Positions 16,241 to 25,579 of a DNA stretch of 32,000 nt are shown here, piece after piece (the stretch's first letter is position 1; every line of letters begins with the position of its first letter). The DNA is from Vibrio vulnificus CMCP6 (GTDB lineage Bacteria; Pseudomonadota; Gammaproteobacteria; Enterobacterales; Vibrionaceae). The DNA is taken from assembly GCF_000039765.1 (NCBI RefSeq), contig NC_004459.3:1050001-1082000 (forward strand), in the 5' to 3' direction. The translations under genes were made by a program, and so were the position numbers. The notes under the pieces were generated by a model. The model saw nothing but the letters and a program-made list of their open reading frames with translations. It did no database searches and had not been told where the DNA came from.

Positions 16241-16270
16241 GAAAGCCTGCAAAGTAATTTGCAGGCTTTC
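16241..16270 (+). terminator. Strong hairpin terminator after tRNA-Ser
   Basis: Perfect 13-bp stem GAAAGCCTGCAAA-gtaa-TTTGCAGGCTTTC. The following T-tract is weak (gtcattt). Confidence 0.7.
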
Positions 16271-16334
16271 GTCATTTCTGGTGTTTGATAATAAGAAGGG
16301 ATTTGTGTCAAACCCCTAGTTGTCAAATATCATA

Positions 16335-17445
16335 CCAATATGGAAAATTAACTGGTCAGGTCTATCCATCTTCTCGAGCACATCTGTCTGACTCTGGCCG
16401 AACATTCCAAAAAACTATTCCAAGCCCTACATACTTTGGAGACAATGTTTTCGTAATCCGCAAAAGATTGATTGGCGAGAGAGTGTTGTCTTAACCAACT
16501 CCACACTTGTTCTATCGGGTTTAGCTCTGGTGAATAGGGTGGGAGCTTGATGATACTGACATTGTCAAATGGCTCAGCAATGTCATTGGTATGCCAACCC
16601 GCTCCATCCATAATGACCACTGCGTGACGACCTTTTTCGGTCACCGCGGAGAGCTGCTTCAGATGCTCAACCATAATGTTCTTGTTAACCCAAGGAACGA
16701 CCATTGCCTCACCAATACCTCTAGCGGGGCATACTGAGCCAAACAAATACGCATATTCAAACTGCTGCTGTTTTACCACTCTTGGTCTTGAGCCACGCTC
16801 AGCCCAAAGTCGAGTTGTCGTGTTTTGCTGGCCAAATCTTGCTTCATCTTGAAACCAGACATCGACGTTATCAAGCCCCATGTGACCGGGGATCTTAAGG
16901 ATCGTTTCAATGTTGAATTTTTTTAAAATCGTCTTGGATTTGCTGGGATTGACGAGGGTGCTTGGAGCGTGAAGTTATCCAAGAAAAGCCCATATGGTTG
17001 AGCAAGTAGTAGATCGAATCTGGGTGGTAGTGTTTGCCAAATTCATTAACGATATAAGCATGAATATCGTTACCAGTTAATCTACCGCCAGACGAATCCA
17101 TCGCTCGAGCTTTTATATACCGACTTAATTGTTCTCGCTGCTCCGCGTTAAGAAATGCTGGGCGACCCGTTCTTGGTTTTTCTTGCAGTCCTTCAAGCCC
17201 TTCTTCAAGGAAGGTTTGTACCCATTTATTCACACTGGTTCTGCTTACCTTAAGGAACTTAGCAATTTGGGTTCGAGAGTGACCATCTTTAAAATGGGCC
17301 AATGCGAGCAATCACATCTTCATTTGAATAGATTTTTGTTGGCTAGCAAGTTTTTTGAAATCAATGTTATTAAGACTGTCCATAGCGTCATTTATCACGA
17401 AGAAGTAACAGTCTCAATTAGATCATATTTTTAGTTAGGTTGGTA
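16335..17445 (-). mobile_element. IS630-family insertion sequence, probably inactive
   Basis: Two adjacent transposase ORFs with IS630 DDE-type motifs. Short inverted ends (left 5'-TCATACCAA at 16330, right reverse complement 5'-TCATACCAA at 17450). TA dinucleotides at 16333-16334 and 17446-17447 are consistent with the TA target duplication. The exact tips are uncertain by a few nt. Confidence 0.8.
16348..17383 (-). pseudogene. IS630-family transposase, disrupted (in-frame TGA at codon 24; frame change at an A7 run)
   Basis: Continuous reading from ATG at 17383: MDSLNNIDFKKLASQQKSIQMKM-*(17314-17312)-LLALAHFKDGHSRTQIAKFLKVSRTSVNKWV...DDFKK, then skip 1 nt at A7 (16924-16918), FNIETILKIPGHMGLDNVDVWFQDEARFG...VIMDGAGWH...LPPYSPELNPIEQVW...CSRRW. 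Confidence 0.75.
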
Positions 17446-17466
17446 TGACAGGCTTTGCATTGCTGC

Positions 17467-18357
17467 TTAAATCACGATGTACTTACTTTCAGCAACTTTC
17501 CATAAGGCTTGAATTAGGGGATTTTCGAGTTGAGATTTGATGCAGCATACCCCCAACTCAAAAGGTTTAATGGGAGCGACTTTTAGTCTCTGTATTTTCT
17601 CTTTGACTGGGCTGTTGTTGATCACAACATCCGGAGCAATACCGATACCACACCCCAAAGCTACCATACTCACAATCGCTTCATGACCTGAAACCTGAGC
17701 ATAAATATTGGGTTTAATTTTCATCTTTTTAAACCAAGTATTCGCCCTTTCTCTAGCGGTACCTGCTTCAGGAACTATATAGGGGATCGAAGACCAATCA
17801 GGCTTATCACGGTTCATTTCATCCGTGAAACTGCTCACTCCTTGAGGTGCAATTACAGAGAGTGGAATTTCGCTGATGGGCTCAAAAGCCACTTTTGCTG
17901 GTACTGTGTCTGGTTTGGCGGAAATAGCAATATCAGCCTCTCCGTTCAGAATTTTATCCATGGCTTGTGCAGGATCACCGGTAGATATTTTGAATTCAAT
18001 AAAAGGATGTTGTAGTCGAAATTCAGAAAGAAGTTCTGGCAAGTGGCTATAGCTGGCGGTGACGGAACAAAATAAGCGTATTTCCCCTTTGAGTTCGGTT
18101 TCTGAATAACGGTTTTGTAATTGATACTGTTGCCATTCGTTAAGCATTTTAAGTGCAACTGGCATCAGTTTTTTACCTGCAGGTGTTATTTCAACACTAC
18201 GATTGTCTCTAGTGAAGAGTTGCTGGCTAGTTTCTTCTTCTAGCTTTTGAATTTGACGACTGAGCGCGGATGGACTGATGTGCATTGCTGCTGCCGTCTT
18301 GGCAAAGTTTTTACTATCACAGAGGTGAATAAATAGCTGTAAGCTTTTGATGTTCAT
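17467..18357 (-). CDS. ilvY: LysR-type HTH transcriptional activator IlvY
   Basis: MNIKSLQLFIHLCDSKNFAKTAAAMHISPSALSRQIQKLEEETSQQLFTRDNRSVEITPAG...; divergent from ilvC. Start chosen at MNIKSL (18357). Confidence 0.95.
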   Translation of the reverse strand: MNIKSLQLFIHLCDSKNFAKTAAAMHISPSALSRQIQKLEEETSQQLFTRDNRSVEITPAGKKLMPVALKMLNEWQQYQLQNRYSETELKGEIRLFCSVTASYSHLPELLSEFRLQHPFIEFKISTGDPAQAMDKILNGEADIAISAKPDTVPAKVAFEPISEIPLSVIAPQGVSSFTDEMNRDKPDWSSIPYIVPEAGTARERANTWFKKMKIKPNIYAQVSGHEAIVSMVALGCGIGIAPDVVINNSPVKEKIQRLKVAPIKPFELGVCCIKSQLENPLIQALWKVAESKYIVI

Positions 18358-18387
18358 TGTATATGTCTTTCCGTGTTGCACTATTTG

Positions 18388-18400
18388 CAATTACTAATTG
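18388..18400. promoter_or_regulatory. Candidate IlvY operator half-site pair in the ilvY-ilvC intergenic region
   Basis: CAATTA-C-TAATTG interrupted palindrome inside TTGCAATTACTAATTGTGAA, between divergent ilvY and ilvC. Confidence 0.45.
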
Positions 18401-18498
18401 TGAATATATCACTTTGAGCAACTTAAAGTCTGTTTTAGTATGAATTCATTCGGTGAGTAACCACCGACCGTGATGGATGAATTTTAAGGAGAGCCCTG

Positions 18499-19983
18499 AT
18501 GGCGAACTATTTCAATACTTTGAACCTTCGTGAGCAACTAGACCAATTGGGTCGTTGTCGTTTTATGGATCGCAGTGAATTCGCTACAGAGGCGGATTAC
18601 CTTAAGGGTAAAAAAGTCGTCATCGTAGGTTGTGGTGCGCAAGGCCTAAACCAAGGTCTAAACATGCGTGACTCCGGTCTTGATGTTGCTTACGCGCTAC
18701 GTCAAGCCGCGATTGATGAGCAGCGTCAATCATACAAAAATGCTAAAGAGAACGGTTTTGAAGTGGGTAGCTATGAAACGCTGATCCCTCAAGCTGATCT
18801 TGTTGTTAACTTGACACCAGATAAACAGCACACCAATGTGGTTGAAACCGTAATGCCCCTAATGAAAGAAGGCGCGGCTCTTGGCTACTCACACGGTTTT
18901 AACGTTGTTGAAGAAGGCATGCAAATCCGTAAAGACCTAACGGTTGTTATGGTGGCGCCTAAGTGTCCTGGTACAGAAGTTCGTGAAGAATACAAACGTG
19001 GCTTTGGTGTTCCTACATTGATTGCTGTTCACCCAGAGAACGATCCAAAAGGTGAGGGTTGGGACATTGCGAAAGCTTGGGCGGCTGCGACTGGTGGTCA
19101 TCGTGCGGGTTGTCTTGAGTCTTCATTTGTTGCTGAAGTGAAATCAGACTTGATGGGTGAGCAAACCATTCTATGTGGCATGCTTCAAGCTGGTTCTATC
19201 GTATGTTACGAGAAGATGGTTGCGGAAGGCATTGACCCAGGTTACGCAGGTAAGTTACTGCAGTACGGTTGGGAAACCATTACTGAAGCACTGAAGTTCG
19301 GTGGTATCACTCATATGATGGACCGTCTATCAAACCCAGCGAAGATCAAAGCATTTGAGCTTTCTGAAGAGCTAAAGGATCTGATGCGTCCTCTGTACAA
19401 CAAACACATGGACGACATTATCTCAGGTCACTTCTCTAGCACTATGATGGCTGACTGGGCGAATGATGATGCGAATCTGCTAGGCTGGCGCGCTGAAACG
19501 GGTGAAACGGCGTTCGAAAATTACCCATCAACGGATGTTGAAATCTCTGAGCAAGAGTACTTTGACAACGGTATCTTAATGGTTGCAATGGTTCGTGCTG
19601 GCGTTGAACTGGCGTTTGAAGCAATGACGGCTTCTGGCATTATTGACGAATCGGCTTACTACGAGTCGCTGCATGAGTTACCACTTATTGCCAACACAAT
19701 TGCACGTAAGCGTCTATACGAGATGAACGTGGTTATCTCAGACACAGCGGAATATGGTAACTACCTGTTTGCTAATGTGGCAACACCGCTACTTCGTGAG
19801 AAGTTTATGCCTTCGGTAGGGACAGATGTGATTGGTAAGGGGTTAGGTGAAACTTCTAATCAAGTTGATAACGCGACACTCATTGCCGTAAATGAGACTA
19901 TCCGCAATCACCCTGTTGAGTACATCGGTGAAGAGCTGCGTGGTTACATGACTGACATGAAACGTATCGCTGTTGGTGGCTAA
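18499..19983 (+). CDS. ilvC: Ketol-acid reductoisomerase (NADP+), long class II form
   Basis: 494 aa, [28 protein letters not shown]...[30 protein letters not shown]...; divergent from ilvY. Confidence 0.99.
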   Translation: MANYFNTLNLREQLDQLGRCRFMDRSEFATEADYLKGKKVVIVGCGAQGLNQGLNMRDSGLDVAYALRQAAIDEQRQSYKNAKENGFEVGSYETLIPQADLVVNLTPDKQHTNVVETVMPLMKEGAALGYSHGFNVVEEGMQIRKDLTVVMVAPKCPGTEVREEYKRGFGVPTLIAVHPENDPKGEGWDIAKAWAAATGGHRAGCLESSFVAEVKSDLMGEQTILCGMLQAGSIVCYEKMVAEGIDPGYAGKLLQYGWETITEALKFGGITHMMDRLSNPAKIKAFELSEELKDLMRPLYNKHMDDIISGHFSSTMMADWANDDANLLGWRAETGETAFENYPSTDVEISEQEYFDNGILMVAMVRAGVELAFEAMTASGIIDESAYYESLHELPLIANTIARKRLYEMNVVISDTAEYGNYLFANVATPLLREKFMPSVGTDVIGKGLGETSNQVDNATLIAVNETIRNHPVEYIGEELRGYMTDMKRIAVGG

Positions 19984-20090
19984 GTCTCGCCTTTCCACCT
20001 ATTCTCATTCTAGTGTCTAGAAAAGGGCGCTAACAAAACTCCAGGCAGACTGGGGTGATAAATACAAAAGAAAACACAACATGTAATTAA

Positions 20091-20118
20091 AAGGCTTGGT
20101 CTCTGACCAAGCCTTTTG
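20091..20118 (+). terminator. Intrinsic terminator downstream of ilvC (may serve ubiK from the other side)
   Basis: AAGGCTTGGT-ctctg-ACCAAGCCTT then TTG; 10-bp perfect stem. Confidence 0.75.
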
Positions 20119-20178
20119 TTTATTCGCTTATCGCTGCTTTAGAACGAAGAAAAACGCCCTAACTGTCGCGTTTGGGGA

Positions 20179-20430
20179 TTACTTATCAGCGAGCTTTGCT
20201 TCAAGCTCTGACAGTTTCTTTTCCATCTCACTGAGCTTTTGACGAGTGCGCAGCAAGACTTGCGTTTGCACATCAAACTCTTCACGGCTAACCACATCAA
20301 GCTTGTTGAGTTGGCCTTGAATGACTTGACGGATTTTTTGATCCACATCCGCACCTAAATCCTTAACGGGTTGTGGCATAGAGTCGTGAATTTGTTTTGC
20401 AATCTGCTCAATTTTCTTTGGGTCAAACAT
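20179..20430 (-). CDS. ubiK: Ubiquinone biosynthesis accessory factor UbiK (YqiC/BMFP family)
   Basis: 83 aa, [77 protein letters not shown]. Confidence 0.93.
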   Translation of the reverse strand: MFDPKKIEQIAKQIHDSMPQPVKDLGADVDQKIRQVIQGQLNKLDVVSREEFDVQTQVLLRTRQKLSEMEKKLSELEAKLADK

Positions 20431-20534
20431 GAGGTAGCTCCTGATTTCTTTGTTGGTATTCTATGTAATTGACTGGTGAAAGTCGCTATCTCTGGCGTAA
20501 AAAAGCGACACAGATGTAGTGTGAAAAGTAACAA

Positions 20535-20556
20535 AAAGGCCGCATAAGCGGCCTTT
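20535..20556 (-). terminator. Intrinsic terminator of the RND efflux operon
   Basis: AAAGGCCGC-ataa-GCGGCCTTT; on the minus strand it is followed by TTTTTG. Confidence 0.85.
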
Positions 20557-20575
20557 CGTTTATATTGCATCGCAA

Positions 20576-23500
20576 TTACTGTTCTGCGATTTGGCGTTGA
20601 GCGGCTTTTGCTTCATCCACTCGAGCGAGTTTTTCCAAATCTTTATCTTCTACAAACACAGGTAGCGGTTTGTGTTTTTCAGCGAGGTAGCTGTAAATCA
20701 CAGGCAACACGAATAAGGTAAACAGTGTACCAATCGCTAGACCTGCGACGATAACGATACCGATGCTGAAGCGTTGAGCGGCGCCAGCGCCCGTTGCATA
20801 CATTAGTGGGATCAAACCAGCAATCATAGCCGCCGTCGTCATTAGGATTGGACGAAGACGTACTTTCGCCGCTTCCATCACCGCATCGATACGAGACCGC
20901 TTGTTATGTAACTGCTCTTCTTTGGCCACCTCACAAATCAAGATGCCGTGCTTGGTGATCAGGCCAACCAAGGTAATCAGGCCCACTTGCGAGTAGATGT
21001 TCATCGTCGCAAGACCCCATGCCAACGCAATCAAAGCACCACAGATCGCCAGTGGCACCGATACCATGATAACGATTGGATCGCGAATCGATTCAAACTG
21101 AATCGCCAATACCAAGAAGATAATCGCCAAAGCAAGACCAAAGGTGGCGTACAAGGCGCTGCCTTCTGTAACAAACTGACGAGCTTCACCCATGTAGTCA
21201 TGGTTGTAGCCAGTTGGTAGCTTGCTGCTAGCAATGTTTTCGAACCAATTGATGGCATCGCCCATCGCTGTGCCTGGTGAAGGTACTGCGCCGACGGTAG
21301 CGGAGTTCAATTGGTTGAAGTGAGGCAATGAACGAGGTTCAGCGATAACATCGATGGTGATCAAGCTACCCAGTGGCACCGCTTTGCCATCGGCAGCGCG
21401 CACATAGTAGTTCTTCATCGACTCAGGGTTCAAACGCCATTTACGTTCCACTTGCGGGATCACTTCGTAAGAGCGGCCATTAAGGTCAATGCGGTTGACA
21501 TAGCCGTCAGCCATCATGGTTCCTAGCGTGATACCAATATCTTGCATCGTAACGCCATACGCGCCCGCTTTGTCTTTGTCGATCTTGATTTTCATCGTCG
21601 CAGAGTCGTATTTCAGATCCAAATCTGAATACACAAACAACGGACTTGAAGTCACTTCCGTCAGAATGTCACTGGCGATGGTGTACAAGCTCTCAAAGCT
21701 ATTTGGTGTGGTAATCACGAACTGGATTGGTAGACCAGAGCCTGCGCCTGGAAGTTCTGGCATTTGGAAAGCCGTCACTGCCATACCTGGGACGTTGGAA
21801 ACCAAACCACCCACACGCTTAGTGATTTCCGCTTGGCTCGCTTCACGCTGGCTCCATGGCTTCAATGTTGCTAGACCAAAGGCTTGGTTCGAGTTTGGCA
21901 CCCCAGTAAACACCTGAGCAAACTCAACCTCTGGCTGATCAGACAGAATTTTGTTTACGTCATTCATGGTGTTTTGTAGGTAATCCAAGTTTGCGTTGGA
22001 TGGGCCAGTACCCATTAACATCACCACGCCTTTATCTTCTGAAGGCGCCAATTCACTTGGAATGAACTTAAATAGAACAGGCAGCGTACCAAAAACAATC
22101 AGTGCGAAACCGATCACCACAGGGCGATGGTCCATGACCGCTTTGAGCATTTTTTCGTAGCGGTTGGTCATGCCATCTAGCACATGATGCACTTTCTCTT
22201 CAAATTTGCTTGGCTTTTCATGTGCCTTTAGCATCTTCGAACACATCATTGGCGATAGTGTTAACGCGATAATACCGGATACAAATACCGAACCCGCAAG
22301 GGTCAGAGCAAACTCTTTAAACAGCGAACCAGTGATGCCTCCCATGAGCGCAATCGGTGCGTACACCGCGCCAAGTGTGAGCGTCATGGCGATAACCGGT
22401 ACCGCAATTTCACGCGTACCTATGATGGCGGCACGGAATGGCGATTCACCCTCTTTGATGTGGCGGTCGACGTTTTCTAGTACGACGATCGCATCATCCA
22501 CCACCAGACCGATAGCCAAAACCATCGCCAGCAGTGTCATCAGGTTCCACGAGAACCCCATCGCTTGCATCACCATCGCCACACCGATCAATGACAGTGG
22601 AATGGTGACGATAGGGATGATAACGGCGCGAAACGATCCCAAGAATAGGGTGATCACCACCAGTACGATCACGGCTGCTTCAACAATGGTTTTCACAACT
22701 TCGTGAATGGACTCATTGATGGCGATGGTCGAGTCGTACATCACGTTCATCTTGATATTGCTAGGCAGGTTGCGCTCAAGCTGAGGAAGCAGTTTAAGAA
22801 CATCTGCCGCAATGTTAATTGGGTTGGCACTTGGTGCTGCGTTGATGGCGGCTACCACGGCTTCTTGGCCATTTGCGCTGGCGCGGTAAACATCATGGCT
22901 TTTTTCCAGTGTGACTTTTGCGATATCGCCTAAGCGAATCACTTCACCATCACCCGATTTCACCACCAAGTTTTCCAGCTCTTGTACGTTCGAGACCTGA
23001 GTATCGGCACTGCCGTTGTACAGGACAAATTCGCCCGTTACCTGACCCGTTGCCGATTGGTAGTTGTTGGCGTTGAGTACGCCCATCACGTCGGTTGCAG
23101 TGAGGCGTAGTGCGCCCATTTTGGCAGGATCCAGCCACACGCGTAGTGCGTATTTCAAGCCACCATAGAGGTCAACTTTCGACACACCATTGATGGTGAA
23201 AAGTTGTGGGTTAATCACGCGCTCTAGGTAGTCCGTGATTTGGCTTGATGACAGCTCATCACTGGTGAAGCCGATATACAGCACCGCCGTTGTCGAACCG
23301 GTCGACATGGTCACCGTTGGGTCTTCGGCTTCTTTTGGTAACTGCGATCGAACCGAGTTCGTTTTGGCCAAAATATCCGCCAAGGCGGCATTTGGATCGG
23401 TATTGAGCTTCATGTTCACCGTGATGGTTGATTTACCCAGCACCGATTGTGAGGTCATGTAGTCAATATTATCGGCCTGCGCAACGGCTTGCTCCAAAGG

Positions 23501-23695
23501 TTGAGTAATGAAACCTTGGATCAAATCGGCACTGGCGCCGTAGTAACTGGTGGTTACCGTTACGACGGTATTGGTCATTTCAGGGTATTCTCGCACCTGC
23601 ATCTTGAACACCGCTTGTAAGCCAAGCAAGGCGATCAAAAAGCTGATGGATACCGCTAAAACTGGACGTTTTATAAAAACATCAGTAAAGCGCAT
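20576..23695 (-). CDS. vexB: RND-family efflux pump permease (V. cholerae VexB-like)
   Basis: 1039 aa; MRFTDVFIKRPVLAVSISFLIALLGLQAVFKMQVREYPE..., VVDDAIVVLENVDRH. The ilvC-ubiK-pump neighbourhood matches the V. cholerae vexAB locus as I recall it. Confidence 0.9.
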   Translation of the reverse strand: MRFTDVFIKRPVLAVSISFLIALLGLQAVFKMQVREYPEMTNTVVTVTTSYYGASADLIQGFITQPLEQAVAQADNIDYMTSQSVLGKSTITVNMKLNTDPNAALADILAKTNSVRSQLPKEAEDPTVTMSTGSTTAVLYIGFTSDELSSSQITDYLERVINPQLFTINGVSKVDLYGGLKYALRVWLDPAKMGALRLTATDVMGVLNANNYQSATGQVTGEFVLYNGSADTQVSNVQELENLVVKSGDGEVIRLGDIAKVTLEKSHDVYRASANGQEAVVAAINAAPSANPINIAADVLKLLPQLERNLPSNIKMNVMYDSTIAINESIHEVVKTIVEAAVIVLVVITLFLGSFRAVIIPIVTIPLSLIGVAMVMQAMGFSWNLMTLLAMVLAIGLVVDDAIVVLENVDRHIKEGESPFRAAIIGTREIAVPVIAMTLTLGAVYAPIALMGGITGSLFKEFALTLAGSVFVSGIIALTLSPMMCSKMLKAHEKPSKFEEKVHHVLDGMTNRYEKMLKAVMDHRPVVIGFALIVFGTLPVLFKFIPSELAPSEDKGVVMLMGTGPSNANLDYLQNTMNDVNKILSDQPEVEFAQVFTGVPNSNQAFGLATLKPWSQREASQAEITKRVGGLVSNVPGMAVTAFQMPELPGAGSGLPIQFVITTPNSFESLYTIASDILTEVTSSPLFVYSDLDLKYDSATMKIKIDKDKAGAYGVTMQDIGITLGTMMADGYVNRIDLNGRSYEVIPQVERKWRLNPESMKNYYVRAADGKAVPLGSLITIDVIAEPRSLPHFNQLNSATVGAVPSPGTAMGDAINWFENIASSKLPTGYNHDYMGEARQFVTEGSALYATFGLALAIIFLVLAIQFESIRDPIVIMVSVPLAICGALIALAWGLATMNIYSQVGLITLVGLITKHGILICEVAKEEQLHNKRSRIDAVMEAAKVRLRPILMTTAAMIAGLIPLMYATGAGAAQRFSIGIVIVAGLAIGTLFTLFVLPVIYSYLAEKHKPLPVFVEDKDLEKLARVDEAKAAQRQIAEQ

Positions 23696-23706
23696 GATGC
23701 CTCCAA

Positions 23707-24813
23707 TTACAGCATAGGGGTTTCAGCCGGAGGTGTAATCGCGTCGCTTTCGACAACACGAACCTTGGCATCGTTACTCAAGCGAACCTGGCCAGATGTC
23801 ACCACCTGATCACCCACTTTTACGCCATCGAGAATGTGTGCGATATTCCCAGTGCGTTCACCCACTTTCACCACATGTTGTTTCACGCGCTGCACGCCGT
23901 CTTCTTCCGTTAGAATGTAAACATTGTCACCGTAGAGCGTAAATGTGATCGCCGTTTGTGGCAGTGTGACTTGGTCTTCTAACTTCGGCAGAATGATGTT
24001 GGCACGGGCAAACATACCACTACGCAGTTTTCCGTCGCTGTTTGGAATATCTGCTTGTATTTGAATCAAACCACTTTGGATATTGACAGCTGGTTCAATC
24101 GCAGTGATTGAGCCTTTGAATGGGTTTTGCGGATAAGCATCGACAAAAATATCCACTTCCTGACCGAGATTGATGCGAGAAATATCGTTTTGCGGCACGG
24201 TAAAACGTAAGCGCATCACGCTGGTGTCTTCCAAACGTACGATATCAGAGCCTGCTTGCAGATATTGGCCTAGGTAGACATTACGAATACCAATCACTCC
24301 AGAGAATGGTGCTTTGATCTCACGGCGTGCAATCGAAGCTTTCAAGCTTTCAATATCGGCTTTTAACGAGTAGTAATTGGCTCCAGCTTCATCGTACGCT
24401 TCTTTTGAAATCGAGCCTTTTTTGAAGAGGCCTTGATAGCGTTTGTACTTCGCTTCTGCCGCTGGCAGTTTTGCTTCACTGCTCTTCAGGTTGGCTTTTT
24501 CTACATCAGAGTCGAGCAGAACAAGCGGTTGGCCTTCTTTTACTTGTGTGCCGGATTCAAAGCGGATCTGTTTAATGACACCGCTGGTTTCATTGGCAAT
24601 CGTCACACCTTGGTTGGGTTCGATAAAACCGATCGCTTCAATCACAGGTATCCAGTCGACCGGTTTCACTTCTGTGACCGTTACTGGGAATTCTGGCTCA
24701 GGACGATTTGCCAGGTATTCGGCAATTTTCTTTTGTTTGAAGAGGTTGAAACCTATCACGCTGCCAAACAGCAGAATGGCGATAAGTAACATAAAAAAGG
24801 TCCACTTTTTCAT
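23707..24813 (-). CDS. vexA: RND efflux periplasmic adaptor (membrane fusion protein, VexA-like)
   Basis: 368 aa, N-terminal membrane anchor, biotinyl-lipoyl/HlyD-like motifs (GFIEPNQGVTIANETSGVIKQIRFESGTQVKEGQPLVLLD; IKAPFSGVIGIRNVYLGQYL). Confidence 0.9.
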   Translation of the reverse strand: MKKWTFFMLLIAILLFGSVIGFNLFKQKKIAEYLANRPEPEFPVTVTEVKPVDWIPVIEAIGFIEPNQGVTIANETSGVIKQIRFESGTQVKEGQPLVLLDSDVEKANLKSSEAKLPAAEAKYKRYQGLFKKGSISKEAYDEAGANYYSLKADIESLKASIARREIKAPFSGVIGIRNVYLGQYLQAGSDIVRLEDTSVMRLRFTVPQNDISRINLGQEVDIFVDAYPQNPFKGSITAIEPAVNIQSGLIQIQADIPNSDGKLRSGMFARANIILPKLEDQVTLPQTAITFTLYGDNVYILTEEDGVQRVKQHVVKVGERTGNIAHILDGVKVGDQVVTSGQVRLSNDAKVRVVESDAITPPAETPML

Positions 24814-24830
24814 TCTATTAAGAACTCCAA

Positions 24831-25412
24831 TTAGTGATTAATGATTGCATCCCAGCTGGCGTCGATGGCAGCGTCAAGTGCCTTGTCATCCAGTTGGTAA
24901 AAGCCTAATGCGTGTTTTTTCGCTAGCCTGACGCTGGTCTCCAAACTTAGACCAAACAAAATTTCGTTATCCAGCGTTTTGAACACCCCTTGCTCCTTGC
25001 CCATATCGAACATTAAAGCAACTTGGTGAAACATTTTCTTTTCTAGCTCGCGGGTTTTGTGGCTATTCGAGCAAGGTAGTGATTCGTACTGAATACGGTT
25101 GCTCAAAGTAGACAAGTTTGAAGCCGCTAAATTCCATGTGTTTAGCCACATGGTGCGATATTGTTGTTTCAAAGGCATATCACGGGTTACGTTGGCTTGA
25201 ATCGCCGTGGCAACTCGTTGAGTAATACGTAGCCTGAGTTCATCCAGCAGGTGTTCTTTATCGTCAAAATAACGATAAATCGTACCTGCTGCGACGCCTG
25301 CTTCTTTGGCCAATTTACTCATCGATAGACCCTGAAAACCGGACTCCGCAATCAACTTCTCTGCCGCAGCCAGGATTTGTTGTTGCTTGTCGTTCTGCTC
25401 TTCAGATGACAT
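24831..25412 (-). CDS. TetR-family regulator of the efflux operon (VexR-like)
   Basis: 193 aa with N-terminal HTH: QQQILAAAEKLIAESGFQGLSMSKLAKEAGVAAGTIYRYFDDKEHLL; first gene of the operon. Confidence 0.93.
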   Translation of the reverse strand: MSSEEQNDKQQQILAAAEKLIAESGFQGLSMSKLAKEAGVAAGTIYRYFDDKEHLLDELRLRITQRVATAIQANVTRDMPLKQQYRTMWLNTWNLAASNLSTLSNRIQYESLPCSNSHKTRELEKKMFHQVALMFDMGKEQGVFKTLDNEILFGLSLETSVRLAKKHALGFYQLDDKALDAAIDASWDAIINH

Positions 25413-25427
25413 GGGTTATCCACCAGT

Positions 25428-25445
25428 GAATGAACGTTCATTCAT
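25428..25445. promoter_or_regulatory. Palindromic operator upstream of the tetR-vexAB operon
   Basis: TGAATGAACGTTCATTCA, a perfect 18-bp palindrome abutting minus-strand TATAAT (25450-25445). Confidence 0.8.
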
Positions 25446-25579
25446 TATAGCGGAAACAATAGCCATATTGGCAAGTGCTATGTGTGCTATTGAGTAAAAA
25501 TCTTGTCAATGAGGCAATGGCAATCTCATCACTCGACGACTATTATATGGGCCTCGATTTTTGACCACAGATAAGCGCT

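Noticed and set aside
16271-16332. Possible short ORF or sRNA between the tRNA-Ser hairpin and the IS left end
   Set aside because: Only ~60 nt, no start/RBS/ORF and no compact hairpin; it looks like plain flanking sequence.
20576-25412. RND pump and TetR regulator as a novel resistance island
   Set aside because: Gene content and position next to ilvC-ubiK match the conserved Vibrio VexAB-type locus. No mobility genes or boundaries flank it.
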